In this document: piece by piece, positions 29,396 through 39,598 of the stretch
Layout of the letters: each line of letters begins with the position of its first letter
Numbering within the stretch: the stretch's first letter is position 1
Assembly: GCA_963666985.2 (NCBI GenBank)
Contig: CAXXIA010000001.1
Span: forward strand, 640,001-704,000
Source of the DNA: Spirochaetia bacterium
GTDB lineage: Bacteria > Spirochaetota > Spirochaetia > DSM-2461
DNA length: 64,000 bases
Direction of reading: 5' to 3'
Notes under the pieces: model-generated
What the model was told of the DNA's origin: nothing
Seen by the model: the letters and a program-made list of their open reading frames with translations, nothing else
Database searches by the model: none
Made by a program: the position numbers and the translations under genes

Positions 29396-30874
29396 TCAAA
29401 TAACCTTGGCAACGGCTTTTTTCCAGCCTTCATAAAGCATTTGCCTGCGCTCGGGATTCATGGAAGGCTTATAGGTTGTAGATGAGGAGGGAAGATGGGA
29501 GAGATCTTCAAAATCTTTCCAAATCCCCGCGCCGATACCCGCCATAAGCGCGGCACCCAAGGCCGTCATTTCCAAAGTATCGGGCCGTTCCACGGGAATC
29601 TCCAGAAGATCGCTTTGAAACCGCATGAGAAAGTCGCTTCGCGTTACGCCGCCGTCCACTTTCATGCGGCCCAGACTGTGTCCGGAATCGGCGATCATCA
29701 CATCGATCACATCCCTGGTTCGATAGGCAATGGATTCCAGAAACGCCCGGCAGATATGAGCCTTTTTCGCCGCTCGGGTGAGACCGAGAAGGGCTCCCTT
29801 GGCCTGATCGGCCCACCATGGCGTTCCGAGTCCCTGGAAGGCGGGAACAAGGTACACTCCGGCCGTATCGGGAACTTCTTCGGCAAGGATGTCGACTTCA
29901 TGAACATGAGAGATCAGATTCAAATCGTCACGGAGCCATTGAAGTACGGCTCCGGCCATGAACACGCTTCCTTCCAGGGCATAGGTGAGTTTATCGCCGT
30001 ATCCCCAGGCCACCGTGGAGAGAAGACCTCCCGGAGAGAAAACCGGTTCGCTTCCGACGTTCATGAGCATAAAACACCCGGTACCGTAGGTGTTCTTAAC
30101 ATCGCCCGTTTTAAAGGCCCGATGGCCGAACAGAGCCGCGTGCTGATCGCCTGCTATCCCCGTTATGGGTATGGAACGGCCGAAAAGACCGGGATCGCTT
30201 TCTCCGAAGAATCCGATTGAAGGATGAATCTCGGGAAGCATGGCACGGGGAATCCCCAGGATCTCCATCATTTGTGAATCCCAATCCCCTGTTTTCAGGT
30301 TCATCAGCATGGTTCGAGAGGCATTCGAAACGTCCGTTGCGTGGACTTTGCCTCCGGTCAGTTTCCAAAGAAGCCAGGAATCGATGGTCCCGAAGAGAAC
30401 TTCTCCGGCCTCGGCGCGGGGAAGAAGAGAAGGATCGTTCTCCAGTCTCCAGCGAATTTTCGTTCCGGAAAAATACGGATCGGGCACCAGGCCCGTTGTG
30501 GATCGGATGATTTCGGCATGGCCTTCTTTTTTCAGCCGAGCACAGATCTCGGAGCTTCTTCTGCATTGCCAAACGATGGCTCGTCCCAAAGGTTCGCCTG
30601 TTTTTTTATCCCAAAGGACAGTCGTTTCTCTTTGATTGGTGATTCCTATGGCGGCGATGGAATCGGCACCGCCGGGAACATCCTTCAGGGCTTCGCGGGC
30701 AACCGAAAGCTGTGTGTTCCAAATCTCTTCCGCATCGTGTTCCACCCAGGATTCCTTTGGTGTGTATTGAGTGAATTCACGCTGAGAGGTGGAAACGGCT
30801 TTACCGTTCAAGTCGAAAACTATAGCGCGGGAACTGGTGGTTCCCTGATCGAGTGCGAGTATGTATTTGTCCAT
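29396..30874 (-). CDS. glpK: Glycerol kinase
   Basis: ALDQGTTSSRA, GITNQRET, WQCRR, DPYFSGTK, GDQHAALFG, KNTYGTG and VDGG motifs. Confidence 0.97.
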   Translation of the reverse strand: MDKYILALDQGTTSSRAIVFDLNGKAVSTSQREFTQYTPKESWVEHDAEEIWNTQLSVAREALKDVPGGADSIAAIGITNQRETTVLWDKKTGEPLGRAIVWQCRRSSEICARLKKEGHAEIIRSTTGLVPDPYFSGTKIRWRLENDPSLLPRAEAGEVLFGTIDSWLLWKLTGGKVHATDVSNASRTMLMNLKTGDWDSQMMEILGIPRAMLPEIHPSIGFFGESDPGLFGRSIPITGIAGDQHAALFGHRAFKTGDVKNTYGTGCFMLMNVGSEPVFSPGGLLSTVAWGYGDKLTYALEGSVFMAGAVLQWLRDDLNLISHVHEVDILAEEVPDTAGVYLVPAFQGLGTPWWADQAKGALLGLTRAAKKAHICRAFLESIAYRTRDVIDVMIADSGHSLGRMKVDGGVTRSDFLMRFQSDLLEIPVERPDTLEMTALGAALMAGIGAGIWKDFEDLSHLPSSSTTYKPSMNPERRQMLYEGWKKAVAKVI

Positions 30875-31059
30875 GAGTCATTATCCGGTTTTGAACCTCG
30901 GATTGTCGAGACAATTTCGATCGAATCGGACTCCGAACGGATCAATTTGGAGTCCCGAATCGAGTCAATAACTAACTTTTTTCTTATTCGATAAGTAGAT
31001 AAGGTTACAGTAAGGAAAAAATCGTGATGATTCCGTAAAACCTGTCTATAATAATGATC

Positions 31060-33219
31060 ATGACAAAAATGCCGGTGATGCCCGGTGTCTGGTGGGTTGA
31101 GATTCCCGAAGCGGATTTAAGAATTCTCTGCGGTTCTCCCATGGACAGCGTTAAGCATCTTATTCGCCGGGGATTGATAAAAAAAGTTGAGAAGAACGGA
31201 GTTGTCTACGATATAGGACCCAATGCGATTCTTTTATCCGATAGACCGATTCAGAACGGGCTTTTTTGGAACCTGGCTGAATTCCCGGTACTCCACATGC
31301 TTTTTCAGCAGGGAATGGTTATCCCTCATCATCCCGGAAACACTGGAAGAAAACCGATTCTTATCGGAAATGAAAAGCGGGCTCAGGCCGTGCTTTCCTA
31401 TATTTACCGCGGAACTTACGGACTGGCCGACCGTTCGGAAATGGAAAGCGCCGGACTCTCCGGAAACGAACTGGAAACTCAGTGGCGGATAAAGCTTAAA
31501 TTCGCTTCCGGAAAAATAAAACCTCCGCATGAATTGATTGATGTTCTTCCCGTCGGAAACGATACGGTACGGCTCCCGGGAGGGGTTTCGGTTACAAGGA
31601 AGAGAACGAACCTTTTTTCGATTGAGTATAAAGGCAAATCGGTGGATGTCGATTTGGACCTGCCCGAAGGCGAGGATTGGAATGCCTCTTATGTTCTGGA
31701 GGGACGGAAAATCGAAGACGGATTTTTTTCCGTTGTTCATATCGGAGAAGGCAACGGATGGGATCCGGAACGGCCCTGCATGGGGAGTTTGGTTACCTAC
31801 AACGGCCGTCGCTACCTTATCGATGCGGGGCCGGGCATTGATTATTCTCTGGAATCCTTGGGGATTGATAAATCCGAGATTCGCGGGCTTATTATCACGC
31901 ATATTCATGACGATCATTTTGCCGGTTTGACGCGCTTGCTTCGCGGCGATTGGAAGGTGAAGGTGTACGCCACAAGGCCCGTTATGATGACCGTCAGGTA
32001 TAAATGCGCGGCGCTTTTGGAACGGGAGCCTGAATTTCTCGACAGACTGATGAGTATTCGGTATCTGGAAACCGACAAATGGAACGATATCGGAGGACTG
32101 GAGGTTCGGCCCGTTTATTCTCCGCATCCCGTTGAGACGACGATTATGTATTTCCGCGCCCTTTGGGAGGGCGGGTACAGATCTTACGGACATCTGGCCG
32201 ACATCGCTTCCCGGAGAATCCTGGAAAGTTTTATAGGCGAAGACGGTATCGACGCTTCGCTGGCGGATAAGATTTTCGGCGATTATCTGCGGAAATGCGA
32301 CGTCAAGAAACTTGATGTCGGCGGGGGACTCATCCACGGCGCCGCGGAAGATTTTCGTGACGATCCTTCCGATAGGCTGATTTTAAGTCATACGGACAGG
32401 CGTTTGAATTCGGAAGAGAAGGAAATCGGCGCGGAAGTATCGTTCGGTCGGACGGATGTTCTCATACCGGATCGAAGTGACCGTATTCGGGAATGGGCTT
32501 CCGAACTGCTTGGAAAAACCATACCGGGGATTCGGAAGGATGATTCGGATTTGCTTCTGAACGGAACGGTTCAGCATATCGCGCCGGGAACTCCCATCTT
32601 AAGAAAGGGCAAATCGCCGGAATCTCTGCTGCTCATTTTATCCGGCTCCGTGGAAACCTGCGACAGGAAAAAGAATATGCAGGTTCGATACACCATCGGG
32701 AGTCTTGTCGGAGAATTCGAGATTCTCGGAGGAATCAGCGCAAACTGTACATACCGAACGAAAGGGCAGGTGAAAGCTCTGCGCATTCCGGCCGATCTTT
32801 ATGTTCATGCTTTAAAACGAAAGAATCTTATCGACGAGAGAGCGAAGACTCTGGAAAATCGGCTGCTGCTGTTTTCAAGCGGATTTCCCGCGTATGTTAT
32901 CGGCTGTCCCAGAATAGACGATTTGGCCGGCGCCATGGAGATTCTCGAATCACCCCAATCGGCGAATACCGCTCCCGGCAAGGACAGATTGTACGTTCTT
33001 CTTGATGGGAAAGCTTCCTCTTCGTCGAATGAAGGTGTGCGTCAGGTGAAAAAAGGCGAATGGTTGAATCTTCATGAAGTTCTGCCTTTTGTCGATGTTC
33101 CCCGCGATGCGTCTTGGGAGCCGGCGGATGATGCCGTTATCGCAGCTTTGCCGGGTGAAATCATCAGGGATATTCCCGCTCTTGTTTGGAGCCTGGCCGA
33201 GCCGGGTATGTTTGAATGA
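31060..33219 (+). CDS. MBL-fold hydrolase with C-terminal cyclic-nucleotide-binding domain(s)
   Basis: LIDAGP, THIHDDHFAG (HxHxDH), SPHPVET, GGGLIHG; cNMP-like ILSGSVE...GSLVGE..IL. Start 31054 or 31060. Confidence 0.8.
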   Translation: MTKMPVMPGVWWVEIPEADLRILCGSPMDSVKHLIRRGLIKKVEKNGVVYDIGPNAILLSDRPIQNGLFWNLAEFPVLHMLFQQGMVIPHHPGNTGRKPILIGNEKRAQAVLSYIYRGTYGLADRSEMESAGLSGNELETQWRIKLKFASGKIKPPHELIDVLPVGNDTVRLPGGVSVTRKRTNLFSIEYKGKSVDVDLDLPEGEDWNASYVLEGRKIEDGFFSVVHIGEGNGWDPERPCMGSLVTYNGRRYLIDAGPGIDYSLESLGIDKSEIRGLIITHIHDDHFAGLTRLLRGDWKVKVYATRPVMMTVRYKCAALLEREPEFLDRLMSIRYLETDKWNDIGGLEVRPVYSPHPVETTIMYFRALWEGGYRSYGHLADIASRRILESFIGEDGIDASLADKIFGDYLRKCDVKKLDVGGGLIHGAAEDFRDDPSDRLILSHTDRRLNSEEKEIGAEVSFGRTDVLIPDRSDRIREWASELLGKTIPGIRKDDSDLLLNGTVQHIAPGTPILRKGKSPESLLLILSGSVETCDRKKNMQVRYTIGSLVGEFEILGGISANCTYRTKGQVKALRIPADLYVHALKRKNLIDERAKTLENRLLLFSSGFPAYVIGCPRIDDLAGAMEILESPQSANTAPGKDRLYVLLDGKASSSSNEGVRQVKKGEWLNLHEVLPFVDVPRDASWEPADDAVIAALPGEIIRDIPALVWSLAEPGMFE

Positions 33220-33366
33220 AAATCGGGGCTGAAAGGGTCAGTCCAGATTTTTAGCGGGTGCATAAAAACAGGCGGTGAAAATCAATCGGCGGCGGTTTTA
33301 AGCGGCCTGTGGGACTGTTCGGTGACGAAATCGAGCGAAAGGGATCAAAAACGGCGCAAATCCCGA

Positions 33367-34179
33367 TCAGTAGGTCATGACCGGATTAACAAAATAGAGC
33401 TCGGCATCGACCGTTTGTACGCCTTCCACGGAAGCGGCCGCTTTTTCGCATCGTTTTGAATTTTCTTTCACCGTTACCGTTCCGCGAATAACGACATGCC
33501 CGTCGGAGGCTTCAATCTCCAGGAGATCCACCGGGATTCTGTCGACGTAAAGGATTCGATTCCTCACTTTTTGGGCCGTAAGCCTATCGTTCAGAACTCG
33601 GGTATTGTGGTCTTTACATGCGGGAGACGCTTTGTAGGCTTGGAGAATTATTTCCGCCGCGGCTTCTATCGTAAGATTGTCCGTACAGAGCGTCAGGTCG
33701 TAGCTGGCAGGATCGGCCCATTGTCCGCCAAAAAAGAAACGGCTGAAACCGCTGCGGTCATGATCCGATTTTCTGCAGTATCGTTCGGCGGTTTTCCAAT
33801 CACAGTTGAGAATCTCGGTAAGACGGGAGACTCTGATGCCATGGCTTGCGATAAGTCTGACGCGGAATGTTGATGGAATGCCCTGGAAAATAAATTGTCC
33901 GCCCCGTCCCAAAATAACGGAATTCGTCATCGCCGCCGATTGGAGCATCGATGTCCGAAGCCGGTCGAGATAGACATCTTTGCCGGTTGTAAAATTTTCC
34001 CAGAAGGACGGAGAATGTTCGTCAAACCGTTCCAATGGAATATCCGGAAAACTTTTATCGTCGACCGCCTTCTCCATGGCGGCTCTGTCCAGAAAGGAGT
34101 ACCCGACTTTTTCGGCCAAGAGGCGGGCGGTCTCGTCACCGAGGCTTCCCGTCTCGCGAGAAACGGTAATATTACTCAT
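33367..34179 (-). CDS. Cytidylate-kinase-like family protein with C-terminal BON domain
   Basis: ITVSRETGSLG, VILGRGG, YDLTL; C-terminal GHVVIRGTV...VEGVQTV. Confidence 0.8.
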   Translation of the reverse strand: MSNITVSRETGSLGDETARLLAEKVGYSFLDRAAMEKAVDDKSFPDIPLERFDEHSPSFWENFTTGKDVYLDRLRTSMLQSAAMTNSVILGRGGQFIFQGIPSTFRVRLIASHGIRVSRLTEILNCDWKTAERYCRKSDHDRSGFSRFFFGGQWADPASYDLTLCTDNLTIEAAAEIILQAYKASPACKDHNTRVLNDRLTAQKVRNRILYVDRIPVDLLEIEASDGHVVIRGTVTVKENSKRCEKAAASVEGVQTVDAELYFVNPVMTY

Positions 34180-34283
34180 CGCTGCCTCCTCTTCCCTTTT
34201 CGGAAAAGTCTACCTACTATCAATAATAGTATTTCGGTTTGATGAAAGCCATGATGGAATATTGAAAAAAGGCGGGAAAAACA

Positions 34284-35087
34284 ATGAGTGGAGATAAAAA
34301 ACAATACTGCAAAGTCAGACGGTGCGCCTTTCCCATTAATATCGACAACGGCGCGAAAAAAGCGGTTTTGTGTATTCATGGTTTTACGGGATATCCCGGA
34401 GAAATGGCATATCCGGTGAGCAGGCTTGCGGAGAACGGATGGGATATTAGAACGCCGAGACTTATCGGACACGGTACGTGCGGATCGGACTTCAGCGCGG
34501 CGAGAGTCGATGACTGGACGCGGCAGCTGAAAGATATATGGCTTGATTTAAAATCCCGTTACGAGGTGGTCGCGGTGCTTGGGCATTCTCTGGGAGGTTT
34601 GCTGGCGCTTTATCTCGCGGAAGAATATCCGGTGGACATTCTGGCCCTCTTGGCACCCGCGATCGGAGTCAGAAGCAAATGGCAAGGGCTTCTCAGGCCC
34701 TTCTCCTGGTTTAAGGAAAGAATAAAAATCCCGTGGAAAGCGGATCCCGAATACACGTTTTTTGATGAGAGGGATGAAGGCGACGATGAATTCCTCGGCG
34801 GCGAATACTGGTGTTGGGCGTGGATTCGGAAACTGGCGCAACTGCTTGTTTTTCAAAGGCAAGTGGAACGAAAACTCTCCTTGATTTCGTGTCCGGTTCT
34901 CGACATTACGGCTGAGAATGATGAGGTTGTAGGCCAAGGAAGCCTCGAAGTTTTAAAGGACGGTTTGAGCGTGGAGTTTAAGAGCCTTGAACTGAAAGGC
35001 TGCCGGCACTTTATTCCCTACGATCCGAATCCGGGAAGCAAAGAAGAAGCGATGGACGCCGTATTGGAGTGGTTCTCACGGTTCTGA
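34284..35087 (+). CDS. Alpha/beta hydrolase (carboxylesterase/lipase-like)
   Basis: IHGFTG, GHG, nucleophile GHSLGG, DEVV and a catalytic His. Confidence 0.88.
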   Translation: MSGDKKQYCKVRRCAFPINIDNGAKKAVLCIHGFTGYPGEMAYPVSRLAENGWDIRTPRLIGHGTCGSDFSAARVDDWTRQLKDIWLDLKSRYEVVAVLGHSLGGLLALYLAEEYPVDILALLAPAIGVRSKWQGLLRPFSWFKERIKIPWKADPEYTFFDERDEGDDEFLGGEYWCWAWIRKLAQLLVFQRQVERKLSLISCPVLDITAENDEVVGQGSLEVLKDGLSVEFKSLELKGCRHFIPYDPNPGSKEEAMDAVLEWFSRF

Positions 35088-35196
35088 GAAAAATGATGCT
35101 TGGAACCTCCTGATAAGAAAGCAAGCTTTCAGAGCGGATTCAACAAGGTTGAATCGGGAGAACAGCGGCTGTTTTTACGGCATGAGATTGGACGTT

Positions 35197-36495
35197 TTAA
35201 CTCCGTGTAATCCGTAAGTCTTCGGCTCTTCGCTCCATTTCTTTTTTTAGAGCATCCCTATCGGGCCCGAGTGTTTTCGCGATAACCAGGAACAGAAGGC
35301 CGCAGGGAATCCACCAAAGGGTGGCGAAATTGAGTGTGAATATCGTTGAAGAGACCGCCATCATCAAACCTCCGATGGCCGGACCGAATCCCTGACCGAG
35401 GTTGTCGGTAATATTAAACACAGCGAAGACACTTCCGCGGCGTTCGGGAGGATTGACATTCATCAGAATGGCTTTGACATTCGCCGAGGCCGTTGATACC
35501 AATAAACCGGCAACGAATGAAAGGGTATAGTAGACGGCAATACTCGTAATTTGCGCATTAATGGCGATAAATACGGGAACGGCGCCGGCGACAATACCGA
35601 TTCCGACCATGATCGGCAGATAGGCGGGCTTCTTTGCGTATAAACGTTCTCCCCAAACGGCGAATAAAACGGAACCGAGAGTGGTCCCCGCACCCATAAG
35701 GGTAAAGACCATCGTGGCCGTTTCTTTCGGCAGAGCCCTTTCGGTTTCCAGGAAGAAGATAAGCCAGTAACCGAGGACTCCCCAGGGAATGGTTCCCGGA
35801 ATGCCCTGCAGGAATGTCCAGATATTTGTTTTCGTGGTGAAGATTCTCTTGAAATCCGTCCAGGTAATCCGGGGATTGTAATCTTCCATTTCGCTGAGTT
35901 CGACCTCCGCGCGGCCTCTTCGCGGTTCTTCGGCAATGATTGCAAAGAGGATGATAAGAGGAAAGTTCGGCGCCGCCGCCAAAATGAAGGGCAGCCTCCA
36001 GCCGGCAATGGGTGTGATGAATCCGGCAAGGGCGGGACCGCCGATCATGCCGACGGCCCAAGCAACACCCATAAACGCGGATGCGGTGGCCCGGTGTTCT
36101 TCGGAAAAATAGTCGCCTATCAGGCTGAATGTCAGCGGATAGATTCCTCCCACGCCTATCCCTGTGAGAATCCGGAGGAAAATGAACGATGCCGCATTGG
36201 GCGTGAACGCTTCAAGCCCCGAAAGAAAACAGGGGATTTCTCCTACCGCGACAACGATGATAAGGAGGAGTTTGCGGGAAATCCTGTCGGTAAACCACCC
36301 GAATCCAATGCTTATGAACGCACCGACCAAAGTAAACGCCGATCCGATGAAGCCGAGCATCTTCTGGTCGAAACCGTATTCCGCGCTGAGTTCCGGAAGA
36401 ATCGCGGACATAATCCTCTGATCGGCGAACAGGAAAACCGACATGAGTACGAGCAAAACCAGGGTAATCTTATCTTTGGATGACATCTTGTTCAT
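35197..36495 (-). CDS. MFS transporter (Spinster-like)
   Basis: About 12 TMs, FADQRI, GWFTDRISRK, EEPRRG. Start at ATG 36495. Confidence 0.85.
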   Translation of the reverse strand: MNKMSSKDKITLVLLVLMSVFLFADQRIMSAILPELSAEYGFDQKMLGFIGSAFTLVGAFISIGFGWFTDRISRKLLLIIVVAVGEIPCFLSGLEAFTPNAASFIFLRILTGIGVGGIYPLTFSLIGDYFSEEHRATASAFMGVAWAVGMIGGPALAGFITPIAGWRLPFILAAAPNFPLIILFAIIAEEPRRGRAEVELSEMEDYNPRITWTDFKRIFTTKTNIWTFLQGIPGTIPWGVLGYWLIFFLETERALPKETATMVFTLMGAGTTLGSVLFAVWGERLYAKKPAYLPIMVGIGIVAGAVPVFIAINAQITSIAVYYTLSFVAGLLVSTASANVKAILMNVNPPERRGSVFAVFNITDNLGQGFGPAIGGLMMAVSSTIFTLNFATLWWIPCGLLFLVIAKTLGPDRDALKKEMERRAEDLRITRS

Positions 36496-36739
36496 AAAGG
36501 CACTATAGCATGAGACAGGTATGTCGAATATTATATTTATTCCGGAACCATATCTGGTGTGACAATTGCCCGACACGGCTCAATCGTAATCCTAACTTCT
36601 AAAACTCTTCGGCACTCGCCGAATCGGAAGGTGAGGGCCGAAGCGGCCTCGAAACTCTTTCGGTAAAACTGAAAGCTGGTGCTGCCCTATCCTCACTATC
36701 CTCTGTTTTTCCGAGTGCGATTCGGGCTAAGCTGGAGCA

Positions 36740-38599
36740 ATGGAAGACGTTTCATCGCCTGTTTCGCCGATAACGGACCATATCGCTTCCGTCATGAAAC
36801 GCATCTTCGGATTTGACAGGTTCAGACCCCATCAGAAGTCTATCATCGAGGCTTCTCTTTCCGGTCGCGATGTCTTTGCAGCACTGCCCACCGGTGGCGG
36901 GAAAAGCCTCTGTTATCAGCTTCCTGCGCTGATTCGCGATGGTTTGACTGTGGTGGTGAGTCCGTTGATTGCACTGATGAAAGACCAAGTGGACGCTGTA
37001 CGAGCCGCTGGAGTGGAAGCCGGCTGTCTTAATAGCGCGATGCATCCTGATGAAAGGAATGCCGTGCACCGTTCCCTGAACGAAGGGCACATGAAGATTC
37101 TCTACATCGCGCCGGAGCGGCTGGCCGTCGAAGGAAGTTACGAACGGCTCGCCGATTGGGGCTGCTGCGCCGTCGCGGTAGACGAAGCTCACTGTATCAG
37201 TGAATGGGGCCATGAATTCCGTCCCGATTACCGCCAGCTGGCCCGTATACGGTCACGATTCCCGAATATTCCGCTTATCGCTCTCACGGCCACGGCGACT
37301 CGCCGCGTTCAAGACGATATTATCGCCCAGCTCGGCCTCTTTGATCCGTATGTCGTCCGCGCCGGATTCGACCGACCGGAAATCTTCTACCGTGTGGAAC
37401 CCAAACGGGACGCTCTGAGGCGCATCGCCGATTTCTCTCTGGCTCGGTCCGGCCGATCCGGAATCGTCTACAGGGCCACACGCGCAGATGTGGAAAAGAC
37501 CGCCGCTTATCTTTGCAGCCGAGGCGTGCAAGCCGTGCCTTACCACGCCGGCCTTCCTGACGAAATTAGGCGGAAGAACCAGGAAGACTTCAAAAACGAC
37601 CGTATCCCGGTAATCGTCGCCACCGTTGCTTTCGGTATGGGCATCGATAAACCGGATATCCGCTTCGTGGTTCACGGCGATTTGCCCAAGAGCCTCGAAG
37701 CTTATTATCAGGAAACCGGCCGAGCGGGCCGCGACGGAGATGATGCGGAAGTGCTCCTGCTCTGGAGTGCCGGCGACATGGCCAAATCGCAATTTTACAT
37801 CGAGAAGCTAAGCGATTCCTCCGAGCGCGAAAGGGCCGCCGCATCGTTGCGGAAGATGCTCCTTTTTGCCCGTACTTTCGCCTGCCGCCGCAAGGTCTTG
37901 CTGGGCCACTTCGATGAAGAGCACCCCGGAAACTGTGGAGGCTGCGATGTCTGCGGCGGCGAAGTGGAATCGGTGGACGCAACCGAAGACGCCAGGAAAC
38001 TGCTTTCGGCTTCGGCCCGCACCGATCAGCGATATGGCTCCCACTATTTGGTGGATATCGTTCTCGGTACGCTTACGGATAAGATTCGTGAGCGCGGCCA
38101 CGATTCTTTGCCTACGTTCGGCGTTGGATCAAAGGAAAAGAGAACGTACTGGCTGGGCATCGCCGACGACTTGGAAGCCGGCGGATTCGTTTATCGGGAC
38201 GAGGCACGCTACAAGGCACTGGTAATAACCGAAGAAGGCCGGAACTTGCTTTTCGGGAAGACGGAATTCCGGACGGTACGCCGGGTGGACGGCCGGAGGG
38301 AGAGCCTCCATGCTGGAAGTCTCCGCTTCGCGAAAAAAGGCACCTCCGAGGGAGAGAAAATCGAACTCGAAGGTGCCGACCTGGAACTTTTCGAAAAGCT
38401 CCGGGAACTCAGGGCCGCACTGGCCCGTGAAATCGGTAAGCCTCCCTATGTTGTTTTTTCGGACAAGACACTCCGCGCCCTTGCCGTAATGAGGCCCGAG
38501 ACCGGAGGCGAAATGCTGGATTGCCCCGGTGTAGGCGAGAAGAAATTGGCCACTTGGGGCGATGCCTTTCTGGCCGAAATCCGTATGTTCGGAAACTAA
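36740..38599 (+). CDS. recQ: ATP-dependent DNA helicase RecQ
   Basis: PTGGGKSLCYQ, VDEAHCISEWGHEFRP, QETGRAGRDG, Zn-binding CRR...CGGCDVC and C-terminal HRDC. Confidence 0.96.
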   Translation: MEDVSSPVSPITDHIASVMKRIFGFDRFRPHQKSIIEASLSGRDVFAALPTGGGKSLCYQLPALIRDGLTVVVSPLIALMKDQVDAVRAAGVEAGCLNSAMHPDERNAVHRSLNEGHMKILYIAPERLAVEGSYERLADWGCCAVAVDEAHCISEWGHEFRPDYRQLARIRSRFPNIPLIALTATATRRVQDDIIAQLGLFDPYVVRAGFDRPEIFYRVEPKRDALRRIADFSLARSGRSGIVYRATRADVEKTAAYLCSRGVQAVPYHAGLPDEIRRKNQEDFKNDRIPVIVATVAFGMGIDKPDIRFVVHGDLPKSLEAYYQETGRAGRDGDDAEVLLLWSAGDMAKSQFYIEKLSDSSERERAAASLRKMLLFARTFACRRKVLLGHFDEEHPGNCGGCDVCGGEVESVDATEDARKLLSASARTDQRYGSHYLVDIVLGTLTDKIRERGHDSLPTFGVGSKEKRTYWLGIADDLEAGGFVYRDEARYKALVITEEGRNLLFGKTEFRTVRRVDGRRESLHAGSLRFAKKGTSEGEKIELEGADLELFEKLRELRAALAREIGKPPYVVFSDKTLRALAVMRPETGGEMLDCPGVGEKKLATWGDAFLAEIRMFGN

Positions 38600-38767
38600 A
38601 AGGCGGCTCGGCACCGGCGGGACATATTTCTTTCATACCTAAAATCAACCTGAAATACCCAGAGGATGCCGAAATCCCGGACCTATTGCTAAGAACATCT
38701 CTTGTCTCCACGAAATTCGTGGATGTACACGGAAATAGTTTTTTCTATTTTCCGTGATGCCCAGCAC

Positions 38768-39598
38768 TTAAGCCTTGATGGCTCCGGCGGACATACCGCT
38801 GATAATTTTTCTGTTGAAAAAAATGAACAGAAGGAGTGGAGGGATGGTGATGATGAAAACATCGGAAAAGAGCAAATTCCAAGAACTGAAATATTTGCTC
38901 ATGAAGTTGTACAGCGTGAGCTGTATCGTGACGTTTTTCGATCCAGGGAAGAAATATAGAGGATTTACAAAGTCATTGAAGATATTCACCGACGAGAGGA
39001 CGATAATGGTGGCTGTTGTCGGCTTGAGCAGAGGAAAAATGATTTGCGAATAGAGGCGGAAAGGGCTGCATCCGTCTACCATGGCCGCCTCATCAATTTC
39101 TTTGGGAATAGTAGCCATGAAGCCTTTATACAAGAGCATGGCAAAAGACATCCCCAGAGCCGCCTCGATCATGACCATGCTGAACATGGTCTTGAAGATA
39201 CCGAGGTACATCAGAAGCCAGATGGTGGGAACGATGGCAGGTGGGATGATAAGTCCGGTGAGAATCATGAAGTTAATGAAAGGCGTCGCTTTGTCCGATC
39301 GTCGCTGTGCGACGTACCCGGCCATGGAGCAGCAGAATACCAGAATGATTATAGAGAACGCAGTGAGGGTAATGCTGTTCTTGAATGCTGTGAGAACGAT
39401 GCCTTTGTCGGCGGTTAGCACTTCTCTGATATTTTGGAAAAGTTGAAAGTTCTCAGGGAGCGATATGCTTCTTAGAGAAGCTTCCTTCCGGCTTTTCGAT
39501 GCCATATTTATAACAAAATAGAAAGGGACTCCGAAAATTATGATTGCGGCGAGAACGCCTGCGATTTCACTGATGAGTCGTCGGGGTTTCTGAATCAT
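38768..39598 (-). CDS. Carbohydrate ABC transporter permease (MalG-type)
   Basis: EAA loop IPKEIDEAAMVDG; six TMs. Confidence 0.92.
   Translation of the reverse strand: MIQKPRRLISEIAGVLAAIIIFGVPFYFVINMASKSRKEASLRSISLPENFQLFQNIREVLTADKGIVLTAFKNSITLTAFSIIILVFCCSMAGYVAQRRSDKATPFINFMILTGLIIPPAIVPTIWLLMYLGIFKTMFSMVMIEAALGMSFAMLLYKGFMATIPKEIDEAAMVDGCSPFRLYSQIIFPLLKPTTATIIVLSSVNIFNDFVNPLYFFPGSKNVTIQLTLYNFMSKYFSSWNLLFSDVFIITIPPLLLFIFFNRKIISGMSAGAIKA

Noticed and set aside
22276..38599. Anti-phage system built from the helicases, HEAT protein, TatD or MBL genes
   Set aside because: The genes are scattered among housekeeping loci and look like ordinary PcrA/Rep, RecQ and TatD; there is no defence-type operon.
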